From assembly GCA_017651505.1 (NCBI GenBank), contig JAGCCV010000022.1, positions 1 to 55,675 on the forward strand: a stretch of DNA of 55,675 nucleotides, read 5' to 3'. The notes under the pieces were generated by a model. The model had not been told where the DNA came from, made no database searches, and saw only the letters and a list, made by a program, of their open reading frames with translations. A program made the position numbers and the translations under genes. Shown here in pieces: positions 28,466-38,429 of the stretch. The DNA is from Bacteroidaceae bacterium. Its GTDB lineage: Bacteria; Bacteroidota; Bacteroidia; Bacteroidales; Bacteroidaceae. Within the stretch, counting starts at the first letter, position 1. Every line of letters starts with the position of its first letter.

Positions 28466-30868
28466 TTAGAAGTCTCTACCTTCAAACAGTGAACCGCCAC
28501 TGGTTGATGAACTGTGCTTGCCTCCAGCATTGAAGATATAACTCAGGGAGAATACAATATTGGGGTACTTGGGGCGTACCCACGTCTCTGAGTTCAAACC
28601 GATACTGGTTCTTCGGTTATAATACTTAGCAGTGTGGAACACATCGTTAGCTACAGCGGCAAATGCCAGCTTGCCCTTCATGAACTGCTGACGGAACGCC
28701 AAGTTGAAGTAAACATAACCATGTTCCTTTCCTTGTGTCAAACTTTTGGGGCCGATAAAATGGCCATCAAACTGTATGCGACTATCCTTGCCTAAAGTTA
28801 GAGAGTTAATCCACCCCAGCTGATACGTGAAACCGTCAGCATCTGTACAACCTATATGCTGGGCCTTAAAGTCATATTGGAACAGACTGCCATTGAGGGT
28901 AGTAGTCCACCATCGGGTAGTCTTGGCAACGCCACTGAACTCTAAACCCCATTCTATCTGACGTCCAGCATTGACGTTTCTATCAAGTGTTACACCTGGT
29001 TCGTATGCTTCACGCACCCAATCTACCACATCCTTACGATGACGATAGAATCCTCCGAAAGAAATACTGTGTCCGCCTTCGAAAGAGTTGCGATAGTTCA
29101 GTTCTAATGAGTTGATGAACTCAGGACGGATGTCGGTACTGCCAATCTTGCGGGTGTAGTAGTCTTCATAGGTAATGTAAGGCTCTGTCTGCCAGATTCC
29201 TGGACGATTGGTTCGACGAGAATAGCCCAACGTGAAGATTCCTCCCTTACCTAAGTTGTAAGATATATGGGCAGAGGGGAATAAATCCAGACGTTTCTTA
29301 TCAAGATTTCCTCCTGGAACGGTTATCTCTACTAAGTCGATTACTCTTTCTGCACGTATGCCTGCATCGAATTCAAAGTTACCAAACTTGTCGTTCATCA
29401 TTGCATATAGTGCATGTATCTGACGACGGTAGTAGAATGGAGCATGCAAATCGTCCTGCCACTCAAAATCCTCCTTGGCTCTATCCCAGTACTTGATGTT
29501 GTACTCCCCATGCTCGCTGTAAGTTGAGTAGAAATAGCCACTCTCGAAATTACCCGTTGAGCTGTATTTGTTACGATAGGTGAGGGTGAAATCACAATCC
29601 CAATGGTGTTCTTCCTCATAGCCTCGCGTACCTTCGTAACGCTTTCCTGACATGTCAAACATATTACTTTCCGTATATTCCAATGAGTACCAGTCGTAAC
29701 GGAAACGATTGACGGTTGATAGGTTGCTGTGGTCATTGATTTTCCAGTTCCAGGACAAAGCAGCTTGGAATAGGTTTTTCTTCAACTGGTAGCGGTCGTG
29801 GCTGTTGTAGGTGGCGTCGTTCAGCACTTCGTCTCCTTGTAAGCGCAACTCATGGTACCGCATATCACCACCTCTGGTAAACTTGGTCTGACCCGCCTGT
29901 AAGTCGAGTGATAAGTTATGGTGCTTGCCGTCATTGTATTGCCAACCCGCCTTGCCAATGAACGAACGGTTTTCGCTAAATCGAGTGCCATCAGATTCTG
30001 AGGTAGTGGTAAAATCATCCACCACAGTTTTCTTCTTTTGCTGGAAATTACTTTTTCCCATAATGTTGGTAGCAGTACCACCTACATAGAGAGTGTGTTT
30101 TCCTGTACGATAGTTCAGGAGAGCATCACCCGTCCATGTACCTAACGTACTTCCTGAGGCGTTGAACATGCCGCTCCAACCATCACCGCTGGCTCGCTTG
30201 GTAGTAATATTGATAATACCCACATCACCTTCCGCGCGATAGCGTGCGGAAGGAGTAGTTATTAACTCAACGTCTTCCACAGATGCGGCTGGGATTTGTT
30301 GTAGGGCTTGGGTGCCTGTAAGAGGACTGAGTTTGCCATCTACATACACCAGAAAGTTGCTACTGCCTCGGAAGGTGAGTCCGCCATCGGCATCCACCTG
30401 CACTGAAGGGGTGTTGGCCAAGATATCTACTGCCGTTCCTCCTGAAGCACCTACTGCTGCCGATCCGCTGATGCGCTGCCGATCCAATTTATAAACTATC
30501 TGGTTCTTTTCGCCTACAACGGTAACTTCAGACAGACCCGTAGCCAGTTCTTTGATAGCAATGATACCTAAATCTATGGTTTGTCCCTCAGTAATGGTAA
30601 GCTTTTCGCTGATATAAGGGTCATAGCCTAACATACGCACCATTACCAGCACATCGCCAACAGGCACATTCTCAACGGTAAAAGCGCCGTCAACTACCAT
30701 TCCTGATGCTACCACTTTGTCATTTAGGTCTGACACAATCACATCAGCATAGTCTATTGCTTGCTGTGTGTTGGCATCCACTACCTTTCCCTTAATGATA
30801 GCAGAAGATGCTGCATAAAGTGCGCATTGTACGCACCCCAGCAGTATCGTCAGTAACAACTTTTTCAT
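28466..30868 (-). CDS. TonB-dependent outer-membrane receptor (non-SusC type)
   Basis: Signal peptide; CarboxypepD-reg-like IKGKVVD; LSEVTVVG; plug PSVQVDADG..RG..VYVDGK..IPA..VEDVELIT.PSARY.AEG..GIINITTK; beta-barrel; C-terminal Phe. Confidence 0.9.
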   Translation of the reverse strand: MKKLLLTILLGCVQCALYAASSAIIKGKVVDANTQQAIDYADVIVSDLNDKVVASGMVVDGAFTVENVPVGDVLVMVRMLGYDPYISEKLTITEGQTIDLGIIAIKELATGLSEVTVVGEKNQIVYKLDRQRISGSAAVGASGGTAVDILANTPSVQVDADGGLTFRGSSNFLVYVDGKLSPLTGTQALQQIPAASVEDVELITTPSARYRAEGDVGIINITTKRASGDGWSGMFNASGSTLGTWTGDALLNYRTGKHTLYVGGTATNIMGKSNFQQKKKTVVDDFTTTSESDGTRFSENRSFIGKAGWQYNDGKHHNLSLDLQAGQTKFTRGGDMRYHELRLQGDEVLNDATYNSHDRYQLKKNLFQAALSWNWKINDHSNLSTVNRFRYDWYSLEYTESNMFDMSGKRYEGTRGYEEEHHWDCDFTLTYRNKYSSTGNFESGYFYSTYSEHGEYNIKYWDRAKEDFEWQDDLHAPFYYRRQIHALYAMMNDKFGNFEFDAGIRAERVIDLVEITVPGGNLDKKRLDLFPSAHISYNLGKGGIFTLGYSRRTNRPGIWQTEPYITYEDYYTRKIGSTDIRPEFINSLELNYRNSFEGGHSISFGGFYRHRKDVVDWVREAYEPGVTLDRNVNAGRQIEWGLEFSGVAKTTRWWTTTLNGSLFQYDFKAQHIGCTDADGFTYQLGWINSLTLGKDSRIQFDGHFIGPKSLTQGKEHGYVYFNLAFRQQFMKGKLAFAAVANDVFHTAKYYNRRTSIGLNSETWVRPKYPNIVFSLSYIFNAGGKHSSSTSGGSLFEGRDF

Positions 30869-30907
30869 GATATACTCCTCTACTTTCTTCGTGATGGTTG
30901 GTCGGTC

Positions 30908-31489
30908 TTAGAACTGAACGGAAGGAGCCTGACTTGCACCTGCATCAGCTTCGAAATAAGCACGCTGTGTGAAGCCCAGCATACCAGCAAACAAGTTCTT
31001 GGGGAACGTGCGGATGGTGGTGTTATACTTCTGAGCTTCCTTGTTGAAGTTAGTGCGTGCCACATTGATGCGGTTTTCTGTACCCTCCAGTTGAGCCTGC
31101 AATTCCTTGAACTGCTCACTGGCTTTCAAATCGGGATAGCTCTCAGAAATAGCGATCAGTCTGCCCAGTGCAGAAGCAAGCTCGCCTTGTGCTTGCTGGA
31201 ACTCCTGCAATTTCTCAGGTGTGACGTTCGATGGGTCAATGGAAATGGAAGTAGCTTTGCTACGAGCATTCACCACGGCTTCGAAGGTAGATTGCTCATG
31301 CTGGGCATACCCCTTCACGGTGTTCACCAAATTAGGAATGAGGTCAGCACGACGCTGATACTGAGTCTCTACATTGGCCCACGCGGTGTTCACGCCTTCG
31401 TCAAGGCCAACCATACCATTATAAACACTTACGAGCCAAAAGGCAATTACTGCAATGACTGCTATCAGTCCAATTGTTGATTTCTTCAT
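30908..31489 (-). CDS. lemA: LemA family protein
   Basis: N-terminal TM; YN, WANVETQYQRRADLIPNLVNTVKGYA.HE, YPDLKA, LEGTENRI..AR..FN. Confidence 0.96.
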   Translation of the reverse strand: MKKSTIGLIAVIAVIAFWLVSVYNGMVGLDEGVNTAWANVETQYQRRADLIPNLVNTVKGYAQHEQSTFEAVVNARSKATSISIDPSNVTPEKLQEFQQAQGELASALGRLIAISESYPDLKASEQFKELQAQLEGTENRINVARTNFNKEAQKYNTTIRTFPKNLFAGMLGFTQRAYFEADAGASQAPSVQF

Positions 31490-31528
31490 ATTATTCTAAA
31501 AATTAAATATTACATCTTAAACGATTTA

Positions 31529-32431
31529 TCAGAAGCGAGATCCAGCACCTCCACCGCCTCCCATGCCTCCGCCAAAGCTGCCACCAATGTGGCCTCCACT
31601 ACCAAAGCCTCTGCCGCTTCCACCCATGATGATAGGACCACCACCGCCATTCTCTACGCTGTTGTAGGTGGTGCGTTTGCGCTTCACCACATGACCACAA
31701 TTGCTGCAAATCCAAGTCACTTCATAGGTCTTTGAAGATCTGCTGCTATAGAGTAGTCTGGTAGATTCCTGCTTTAGTGTATATTGTCCGCATGATGTGC
31801 ATTTGCGCTGATACCTATCTGATAGCCAGGCAAAGAATATCAGGATGCCAGAGAAGCCGAAGGTTAAAAAAAGGAATGCCAGCAGACCAAACCAGTCGCC
31901 CGTTTCTTCTTCTTTCTCCATCGTACCGTCCAATCTGCCCACTACTTTGGTCATACCGGCCAGCATACCTTCGTCCCATTTGTTGTCTTTCAGGTAGGGT
32001 ATCATGTCTTGCACCTGAATACGCTTGCAGATTGCATCTGGCAGGTCTCCTTCCAGTCCGTAGCCTGTGTAGAACTGGATAGCACGTTGGTCCACCACTA
32101 ACAGCACAACCAGTCCGTTGTCTTTCCCTTTCTTACCTACGCCCCAGCTGTTCAGCAACTCGTGGCAGAAGTCGAATGGATCTACCTCACCGATGGAAGG
32201 CAAAGCTGCTACCACCGTTTCTATGCCAGTCTTCTCTTCTAATTGGTAGAGCATAGCGTCAATACTGTCGGTGGCTGCTTGGGATAAAATGCCGGAGGGA
32301 TTGCATACATATTTAGTACGATCCTGCAAATGAACTTTTGGCAGATTGTCGGGTGTAAAAACTTTCTGGGCACTTGTGCTCAGCACGCAGAAAAGTCCTA
32401 AAACCCCTATGATGAGAACTCGTAATTTCAT
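31529..32431 (-). CDS. TPM-domain membrane protein with Zn-ribbon and Gly-rich tail
   Basis: WGVGKKGKDNGLVVLL, TGYGLEGDLPD; TM; CTSC..CSNC; FGGGMGGGGGAGSRF; start placed after TATCTTTG near 32452-32459. Confidence 0.88.
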   Translation of the reverse strand: MKLRVLIIGVLGLFCVLSTSAQKVFTPDNLPKVHLQDRTKYVCNPSGILSQAATDSIDAMLYQLEEKTGIETVVAALPSIGEVDPFDFCHELLNSWGVGKKGKDNGLVVLLVVDQRAIQFYTGYGLEGDLPDAICKRIQVQDMIPYLKDNKWDEGMLAGMTKVVGRLDGTMEKEEETGDWFGLLAFLFLTFGFSGILIFFAWLSDRYQRKCTSCGQYTLKQESTRLLYSSRSSKTYEVTWICSNCGHVVKRKRTTYNSVENGGGGPIIMGGSGRGFGSGGHIGGSFGGGMGGGGGAGSRF

Positions 32432-32471
32432 AACCATTCTTCTTTTATGGCCAAAGATACAGAAAAAAAAC

Positions 32472-33455
32472 TTATCTGATGTATTTTTCCAAGAAATTCT
32501 GAACTCTTTGGGTATATTCCTCAGGATGGTCAAAATAAGAACTTGCGTGTCCGGAACCTGGAGCTAACCAGATCTCCTTGGGTTCGGGCTTGGCTTCATA
32601 GAGTGGGTAAACCATCCAAGTGGGCACGAAACTGTCGTTGTCGCCGTGGATGAAAAACATGGGCAACTGGCTCTTTTTCACCATCTCAAGAGGCGATGCT
32701 TCGTAGAATGTCCAACCATGCAGCATGCCGCACCACCAACTTGCCAATGGGATGACTTTCTGCATAAGGTTCTGCTGGTGCTGGTCGCCTGCTACCTCGT
32801 CGAACACGCTGGTATAGCCGCAGTCCTCGATGTATGCCTTGACGAAAGGTTTCTGAGGTTCACCGCTAACACACATCGCTGTGGCAGCACCCATTGATGT
32901 GCCATGAATCACCATCTGTGTGTCGCCGATTCTGCGTCCCAAGCTATCGGTGGGGGCAAAGATGTTGTTGGCCACATCCAGCCATTCGATGACATCCAAT
33001 CGGTCAAGCCAACCCATTTGTGCATATTTGCCTTCACTAAGGCCATGCCCGTTGAGGTCTGGCAAAAACATATTGTATCCCATATCGTGCTGAAACATGT
33101 AACCGTAGCGCATCATGCGTATGGCACTGTCTGTCCATCCATGAATGACGAAGGCTGTCTTGTCAGTAGGCTGGTTGGCTACAGCATATACGGCATGCAG
33201 CCGTCTGCCATCGTTGGCTATGATGAAAGTATCACGCAAGGCGCCTTTGGCGCGCAAATCTTCTACCCATGCTTTTGCTGGGGGTAATTCCTCGAAGAGT
33301 TGAGCATAGGCTTTCTCTGGATTGTGTGAAACCTCACGATTAGGATTTACCAACATGTTCACAGCCATGTTGGCGATGGTGAGAGGTAATGCTATAATAA
33401 TGATTATCAGCACACCTACAACAAACCCGAGTATCCTTTTTGTTCTTTTCTTCAT
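32472..33455 (-). CDS. membrane-anchored alpha/beta hydrolase
   Basis: N-terminal TM; IHGWT, GHGLSEG, HGTSMG nucleophile elbow, IHGDNDSFVP, GSGHA. Confidence 0.9.
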   Translation of the reverse strand: MKKRTKRILGFVVGVLIIIIIALPLTIANMAVNMLVNPNREVSHNPEKAYAQLFEELPPAKAWVEDLRAKGALRDTFIIANDGRRLHAVYAVANQPTDKTAFVIHGWTDSAIRMMRYGYMFQHDMGYNMFLPDLNGHGLSEGKYAQMGWLDRLDVIEWLDVANNIFAPTDSLGRRIGDTQMVIHGTSMGAATAMCVSGEPQKPFVKAYIEDCGYTSVFDEVAGDQHQQNLMQKVIPLASWWCGMLHGWTFYEASPLEMVKKSQLPMFFIHGDNDSFVPTWMVYPLYEAKPEPKEIWLAPGSGHASSYFDHPEEYTQRVQNFLEKYIR

Positions 33456-34195
33456 CTATGCCAAATGTTCCAAGCCTCAAATGCTTGCAGCAGCAACATC
33501 TCCAATCCGTTCTTTACCACTGCTCCCTGCTTCTTGCCTTTTTTCATGAACAAGGTCTCGTCTGGGTTGTAAAGCAAATCGTATAGCAGATGTTTGGGGG
33601 TCAGCAACTCATAAGGAATGTCTGGACACTCGTTGATTTTGGGATACATACCCAAAGGGGTGCAGTTTACAATTACGTGGTGCGTGTCCATAATTTCTGG
33701 TGTCAGGTCGCTGTAGTTAATGAAGTGCTCTCCTTTCTTTGTACGTGATACAAACGTACTCTCTATACCTAAATCCTGTAAGCCACAGCAAATGGCTTTA
33801 GAGGCCCCTCCCGTACCGAGTATCAACGCTTTTTGATGGTGAGTAATAAACGGCTCGATAGACTGGGTAAAGCCAACAATGTCGGAATTATACCCCACCA
33901 GTTTGGTCTTCTTGCTGGTTTTGACGATCTTGATTACATTCACAGCACCAATTCGTTTGGCTGTATTTTTGTCAAGGTCGTCCAAATAAGGAATCACCTG
34001 TTCCTTGTAAGGGATGGTGACATTCAGTCCCTTGAGGTTGTCGTTTTTCTCTATTACCTCCCTGAACTCTTTGATGCTGGGTATTTCAAAATTAACATAC
34101 TCAGCATCAATGTTCTCAGCTTCAAACTTTTCGTTGAAATATCCTTTTGAAAAGGAATGTCCCAACGGATAACCTATCAATCCGTAAATATCCAT
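33452..34195 (-). CDS. aroE: shikimate dehydrogenase
   Basis: GYPLGHSFS, GLNVTIPYK, GAVN, GYNSD, LGTGGAS, NCTPLGM, DLLYNP, NGLEML..QA. Confidence 0.96.
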   Translation of the reverse strand: MDIYGLIGYPLGHSFSKGYFNEKFEAENIDAEYVNFEIPSIKEFREVIEKNDNLKGLNVTIPYKEQVIPYLDDLDKNTAKRIGAVNVIKIVKTSKKTKLVGYNSDIVGFTQSIEPFITHHQKALILGTGGASKAICCGLQDLGIESTFVSRTKKGEHFINYSDLTPEIMDTHHVIVNCTPLGMYPKINECPDIPYELLTPKHLLYDLLYNPDETLFMKKGKKQGAVVKNGLEMLLLQAFEAWNIWHR

Positions 34196-34196
34196 T

Positions 34197-35138
34197 TTAT
34201 ATAGCTTTCAACACGTTCTTTTCAATTCGTTCCAATATATCATCTGATGCTTCTTCTTTCTGGAACTGCTCACCAGTGATGTGTTCATACAGCTCAATGT
34301 AGCGGTCGCTGATAGAGGTTACAATCTCGTCTGTCATAGGTGGCACTTGTTGTCCTGCTTTTCCCTGAAAACCGTTGTCCATCAACCATTCGCGCACGAA
34401 TTCCTTAGAGAGCTGCTTTTGTGGTTCTCCTTTGGCGAACTTTTCCGCATAGCCATCAGCATAGAAATAGCGACTGGAGTCTGGGGTATGAATCTCATCC
34501 ATCAAGTAGATGACACCATTGTGCTTACCAAACTCATACTTTGTATCTACCAGGATTAAACCGCGTTTAGCCGCAATATCTGTACCGCGCTGGAACAATG
34601 CCAATGTATATTTCTCCAATAAGTCATATTCCTCTGGAGTGGCCAAACCCTTCGACAGGATCTCATCTTTTGAGATGTCGGCATCGTGCTCGCCAATCTC
34701 AGCCTTAGTGGTTGGGGTGATGATAGGAGTAGGGAACTTCTCATTCTCACGCATACCTTCAGGCAACTTTACCCCACATATCTCACGCACACCACTTTTA
34801 TATGCACGCCAAGCACTGCCACAGAGGTAGCCACGTACAATCATCTCAATGGGAAATCCTTCGCACATCACACCCACTGTAACCATTGGGTCGGGTGAGG
34901 AAAGTTTCCAATTGGGACAGATATCAGCTGTCGCATCAAGGAATTTTGAAGCAATCTGGTTCAAGACCTGTCCTTTGAAGGGTATGCCTTTCGGTAGGAT
35001 CACGTCGAAGGCTGAGATGCGGTCGGTAGCCACCATCACCAGCTTCTCGTCATTGATGTTATATACGTCACGCACCTTCCCGTGATAAACGCTTTTTTGT
35101 CCGGGAAAGTTGAAATCAGTTTTTGTTAATGCTTTCAT
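34197..35138 (-). CDS. purC: SAICAR synthetase
   Basis: [59 protein letters not shown]; start at MKALTKT. Confidence 0.97.
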   Translation of the reverse strand: MKALTKTDFNFPGQKSVYHGKVRDVYNINDEKLVMVATDRISAFDVILPKGIPFKGQVLNQIASKFLDATADICPNWKLSSPDPMVTVGVMCEGFPIEMIVRGYLCGSAWRAYKSGVREICGVKLPEGMRENEKFPTPIITPTTKAEIGEHDADISKDEILSKGLATPEEYDLLEKYTLALFQRGTDIAAKRGLILVDTKYEFGKHNGVIYLMDEIHTPDSSRYFYADGYAEKFAKGEPQKQLSKEFVREWLMDNGFQGKAGQQVPPMTDEIVTSISDRYIELYEHITGEQFQKEEASDDILERIEKNVLKAI

Positions 35139-36102
35139 TATCTTTTTCTTTAAGTACGTTTTTCTTTTCTTTGTCAAACTTGTCGTATGCCTCTACGATG
35201 CGCTCCACCAACTTATGACGCACGATGTCTTTCTGGTTCATCTCTATCACTGAGATTCCTTTCACCCCCTTAAGGACGTGCAATGCCTGTACCAAACCCG
35301 AAGTCTGCGAGGGAGGAAGGTCAATCTGTGTCATGTCGCCTGTTACGATCATTTTGGTGTTCATACCCATACGGGTGAGTAACATCTTGATTTGCTGAGA
35401 GGTGGTGTTCTGTGCTTCGTCCAGTATCACCACTGCATCACTCAGGGTTCTTCCTCGCATAAAAGCCAGCGGTGCAATCTGAATGACATTGGTTTCCATA
35501 TATTCCTGCAGTTTGACAGCTGGTATCATGTCCTGTAGCGCGTCATAAAGCGGTTGCAGATAGGGGTCTATCTTCTCCTTCATGTCACCTGGGAGGAAGC
35601 CCAACTTCTCGCCAGCTTCTACAGCGGGACGACAGAGCACAATCTTGCGCTTCTCCTTGTTCTTAAGGGCACGCACCGCCAAAGCGATGGCAGTATAGGT
35701 CTTTCCTGACCCCGCAGGACCTACGGCAAATGTCAGGTCGCTATTGTTGAACGCTTCTACCAACTTCATCTGGTTCTCACTGCGAGGGATAATAGGCTTT
35801 CCCACCACGCTGAATACGATGACGTTGCCCGACTTTTCCGCTTGCGGAGCGTTACCTTTTATTATATCTATAATAACTTCTTCTTTCAGTGAATTGAATT
35901 CGGTGCAGTATTTCTGCAGTTTGATGATGTTTTCCTCGAAAGCACATAATTCCTCTTCATCGCCCAGCACCTTGATGACATTGCCTCGGGCAATGATACG
36001 CAGCTTAGGATAGAGTGCCTTGATGAGCTGCATGTTGGTGTTGTTGACGCCATAGAATATGATGGGATCTACGTCCTCGAGTACAATCAGTTTTTCTATC
36101 AT
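35116..36102 (-). CDS. phoH: PhoH family ATPase
   Basis: [64 protein letters not shown]. Confidence 0.95.
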   Translation of the reverse strand: MIEKLIVLEDVDPIIFYGVNNTNMQLIKALYPKLRIIARGNVIKVLGDEEELCAFEENIIKLQKYCTEFNSLKEEVIIDIIKGNAPQAEKSGNVIVFSVVGKPIIPRSENQMKLVEAFNNSDLTFAVGPAGSGKTYTAIALAVRALKNKEKRKIVLCRPAVEAGEKLGFLPGDMKEKIDPYLQPLYDALQDMIPAVKLQEYMETNVIQIAPLAFMRGRTLSDAVVILDEAQNTTSQQIKMLLTRMGMNTKMIVTGDMTQIDLPPSQTSGLVQALHVLKGVKGISVIEMNQKDIVRHKLVERIVEAYDKFDKEKKNVLKEKDNESINKN

Positions 36103-36126
36103 TCAAACAATATTGGTTAATATGTT

Positions 36127-36190
36127 TGCAAAGATAGCGCAAACCGAATACAATTCCAAAATATATTTGAGAATTGTTGAGGTGTAGCGT
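36127..36190 (-). repeat. short palindromic element ending in the phoH -7 promoter element
   Basis: Minus strand: ctcaacaattc-tcaaatatattttg-gaattgtattcggtttgcgc-TATCTTTGca; same layout as 42634-42723. Confidence 0.5.
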
Positions 36191-36211
36191 GCCTAATTTA
36201 TAGTAAGCGTT

Positions 36212-36817
36212 TTATTTTACTTTTTTCACCTTGATGCCATTCTTTTTTTTCGATATTTTCAGACAATCTTTCCTTAAACGGTGGTTTTCAAAGTCAAAAA
36301 GCAGGTTGGGATCGAAATGTTGGTTGTTTACACGCGTCTCGAAATGCAGATGGTCGCCTGTGGCCCTGCCCGTATGCCCTTCTAATGAGAGTGGGGAACC
36401 TGCCTTTACCTTCTCGCCTTTTTTTACCAGGTTCTTCGAGTTGTGACTGTAGAGTGTCTCAAGACCGTTGGGATGGCGCACTATCACGCAGTTGCCATAG
36501 TCGGCAAACCATTGTGACATCACTACCTCACCATCGAAAGCACTTCGAATGGTGTCGTTCGCAAAGGTCTTGATGTCCCATCCTGAGTGCATCCTGCCGT
36601 TTCTCGTGCCGTAGGGCGATAATATCTTGCAACCTGGTAAGGGGAAGTAGAAACCTTCTTCCATCAGGTCCATTGGACAGATAATCAACTCTTGCTTGTC
36701 GTTCAACTCGCTTACGGTGTTGATTTTGATGTGTTTCACTCCTACGTCATAATAATCCTGAGCCCATGTCAGCATAGGTAGTAAGAAAGTAAATAATATG
36801 ACCGTCAGCTTCTTCAT
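36212..36817 (-). CDS. M23 family metallopeptidase
   Basis: Signal peptide; HSGWD (HxxxD), YGN.VIVRH, LYSHN, ATGDHLHFE (HxH). Confidence 0.92.
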   Translation of the reverse strand: MKKLTVILFTFLLPMLTWAQDYYDVGVKHIKINTVSELNDKQELIICPMDLMEEGFYFPLPGCKILSPYGTRNGRMHSGWDIKTFANDTIRSAFDGEVVMSQWFADYGNCVIVRHPNGLETLYSHNSKNLVKKGEKVKAGSPLSLEGHTGRATGDHLHFETRVNNQHFDPNLLFDFENHRLRKDCLKISKKKNGIKVKKVK

Positions 36818-37479
36818 TATTCAAAATAAACTACCTGACTTTTGGTTAGCGATACATATTTCTTGAGTAAATCTAAAGTTAGCTCCGCAGCCTCTTGCAG
36901 GCCCTTCTCGCCACTATAGCCATTGATGATGGCCAATAGATGAATGGTATGTATGTCCATCTTTGTACGCTCGTGATCGCTGGTAGGGGTGCCAATGCCG
37001 CCTATGGCATCGCGATATACAGGTAATCCGTCAATGTTAAGCACACCTCGACCAATGCCCTCGTAGGGTTCTCCCTCACGGCCAATACCTAAAACAAGCC
37101 TGTCGCCCTTAATCTTATCCGCATCAAAGCCTCCAATGCTAAAGCCTGAATGCAATGAAACCAGATTGATGATGTCCACCAATGTATCAATTTGATAGAG
37201 GTCTAAACCTCGAAGCAGTCGTCTGCGTAGGGCTTCTGCCGATGGACGATACCTGCTGGGATCCTTGCCGCAACGTCTGTAGGCTGTTCTTGTGGCAGCT
37301 ATGGCATATTGTTCCTTGCAGTCATCCACATTGCTCTCAGTACGCAATTGATGAGTAAAGGCGTCAATCTCCTGCCACAGCTCTTGGCTAAAGCTGGTGT
37401 TGGTCACCCATGCCTCTACAGCAACTCCCCTGAACTCAGGGCATTTACTCTTCAGTTCCTCTGATACTTCTATATTCAT
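36817..37479 (-). CDS. stand-alone B3/B4 (PheT editing-like) domain protein
   Basis: AYRRCGKDPSRYRPSAEALRRR, IDTLVDIINLVSL, GGFDADKI.G, LPVYRD. Confidence 0.88.
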   Translation of the reverse strand: MNIEVSEELKSKCPEFRGVAVEAWVTNTSFSQELWQEIDAFTHQLRTESNVDDCKEQYAIAATRTAYRRCGKDPSRYRPSAEALRRRLLRGLDLYQIDTLVDIINLVSLHSGFSIGGFDADKIKGDRLVLGIGREGEPYEGIGRGVLNIDGLPVYRDAIGGIGTPTSDHERTKMDIHTIHLLAIINGYSGEKGLQEAAELTLDLLKKYVSLTKSQVVYFE

Positions 37480-38288
37480 TTATTCAACATGATTCCCGTT
37501 AACAAGCGACCAGAGTCTCGAGTTAAACGACGTACTGAGAAAAACTCCTGATACCTTAGGTAAGTGCAGATGCCCGACATTTCAATCTGGGAGGAAGGAA
37601 CACCGAACTCTTGCATGTCAAGACGGTTGGCCACCCATAAGTTGATATGGTATTTATGCGAACGGGGTACCCATTCGGCTACATGCTCTATCGGATAACT
37701 GGAGTTCTTAAACTCCTCATACACTTCATCACCCACTTCAAAACCAGCCAATGAGATACCGGGGCCTACAACGATATGCACATCCTCGGGCAGGGTGCCA
37801 AACTTCTGTTGCATCTTCTGTAAGGCGGTTAGCGTGACATGATTCACGGTGCCTCTCCATCCCGCATGTGCCATGCAGACTGCTTCGTTCTTGGCATCAT
37901 AGATGGCAATAGGCAGACAGTCGGCTGATGTGACGCAAACGCAGATACCCTTCTCTCTAGTCATCAAGATGTCCTTCTTTTCCAGGCGTTCACGACGTTC
38001 TTCCTCTGTGCCTCGCAGGAATGATCTGCCTAAGTGGGCATAGTCGGTGCCATGAGCCAAGTGGGGTATAGCAAGTACTGCTGGTCTCTTCGGCAGTGCA
38101 TCACGTACGATTTCAAGATTCTGCTGGATGCTTTTGGGGTCATCATCCGTATAGATACCACAGTTCAATGAACCGTAGTTGCCTGTGCTGACGCCACCAA
38201 AACGAGTGGTGGTGAAACAGGTGACATTGGGGAATGCCAGCATTGATTCGTATGATAACAGTCTTTTGTCTTCAGATAATATAGCCAT
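37476..38288 (-). CDS. pgeF: PgeF/YfiH family (purine nucleoside phosphorylase / peptidoglycan editing factor)
   Basis: TTRFGGVS.G.Y.SLN, SADCLP, HAGWRG, GPGIS..FEVG, CT...FFS.RR..GR. Confidence 0.88.
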   Translation of the reverse strand: MAILSEDKRLLSYESMLAFPNVTCFTTTRFGGVSTGNYGSLNCGIYTDDDPKSIQQNLEIVRDALPKRPAVLAIPHLAHGTDYAHLGRSFLRGTEEERRERLEKKDILMTREKGICVCVTSADCLPIAIYDAKNEAVCMAHAGWRGTVNHVTLTALQKMQQKFGTLPEDVHIVVGPGISLAGFEVGDEVYEEFKNSSYPIEHVAEWVPRSHKYHINLWVANRLDMQEFGVPSSQIEMSGICTYLRYQEFFSVRRLTRDSGRLLTGIMLNK

Positions 38289-38429
38289 ATTCTATTCCTT
38301 ATTATTTGGTTTGCTTTTAGGTAATTGTTTGAAAAGTTGCGCTAATATACGCATATAATTTGAAGAAAAAAAATATATCTGATATTTCTTTTTAATTAAG
38401 TTTGGGTAAAAAATAGTAATTTTGCTGCC

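Noticed and set aside
32438-32533. Long N-terminal extensions in the ORF track (TPM gene; likewise ruvC, lpxD, purC, Rid-like gene, NTP transferase)
   Set aside because: Extensions overlap neighbouring genes or promoter boxes; downstream ATGs match the family N-termini
36817-37479. B3/B4 protein as a split pheT partner of pheS
   Set aside because: About 30 kb from pheS, lacks the other PheT domains, and stand-alone B3/B4 proteins are a known family
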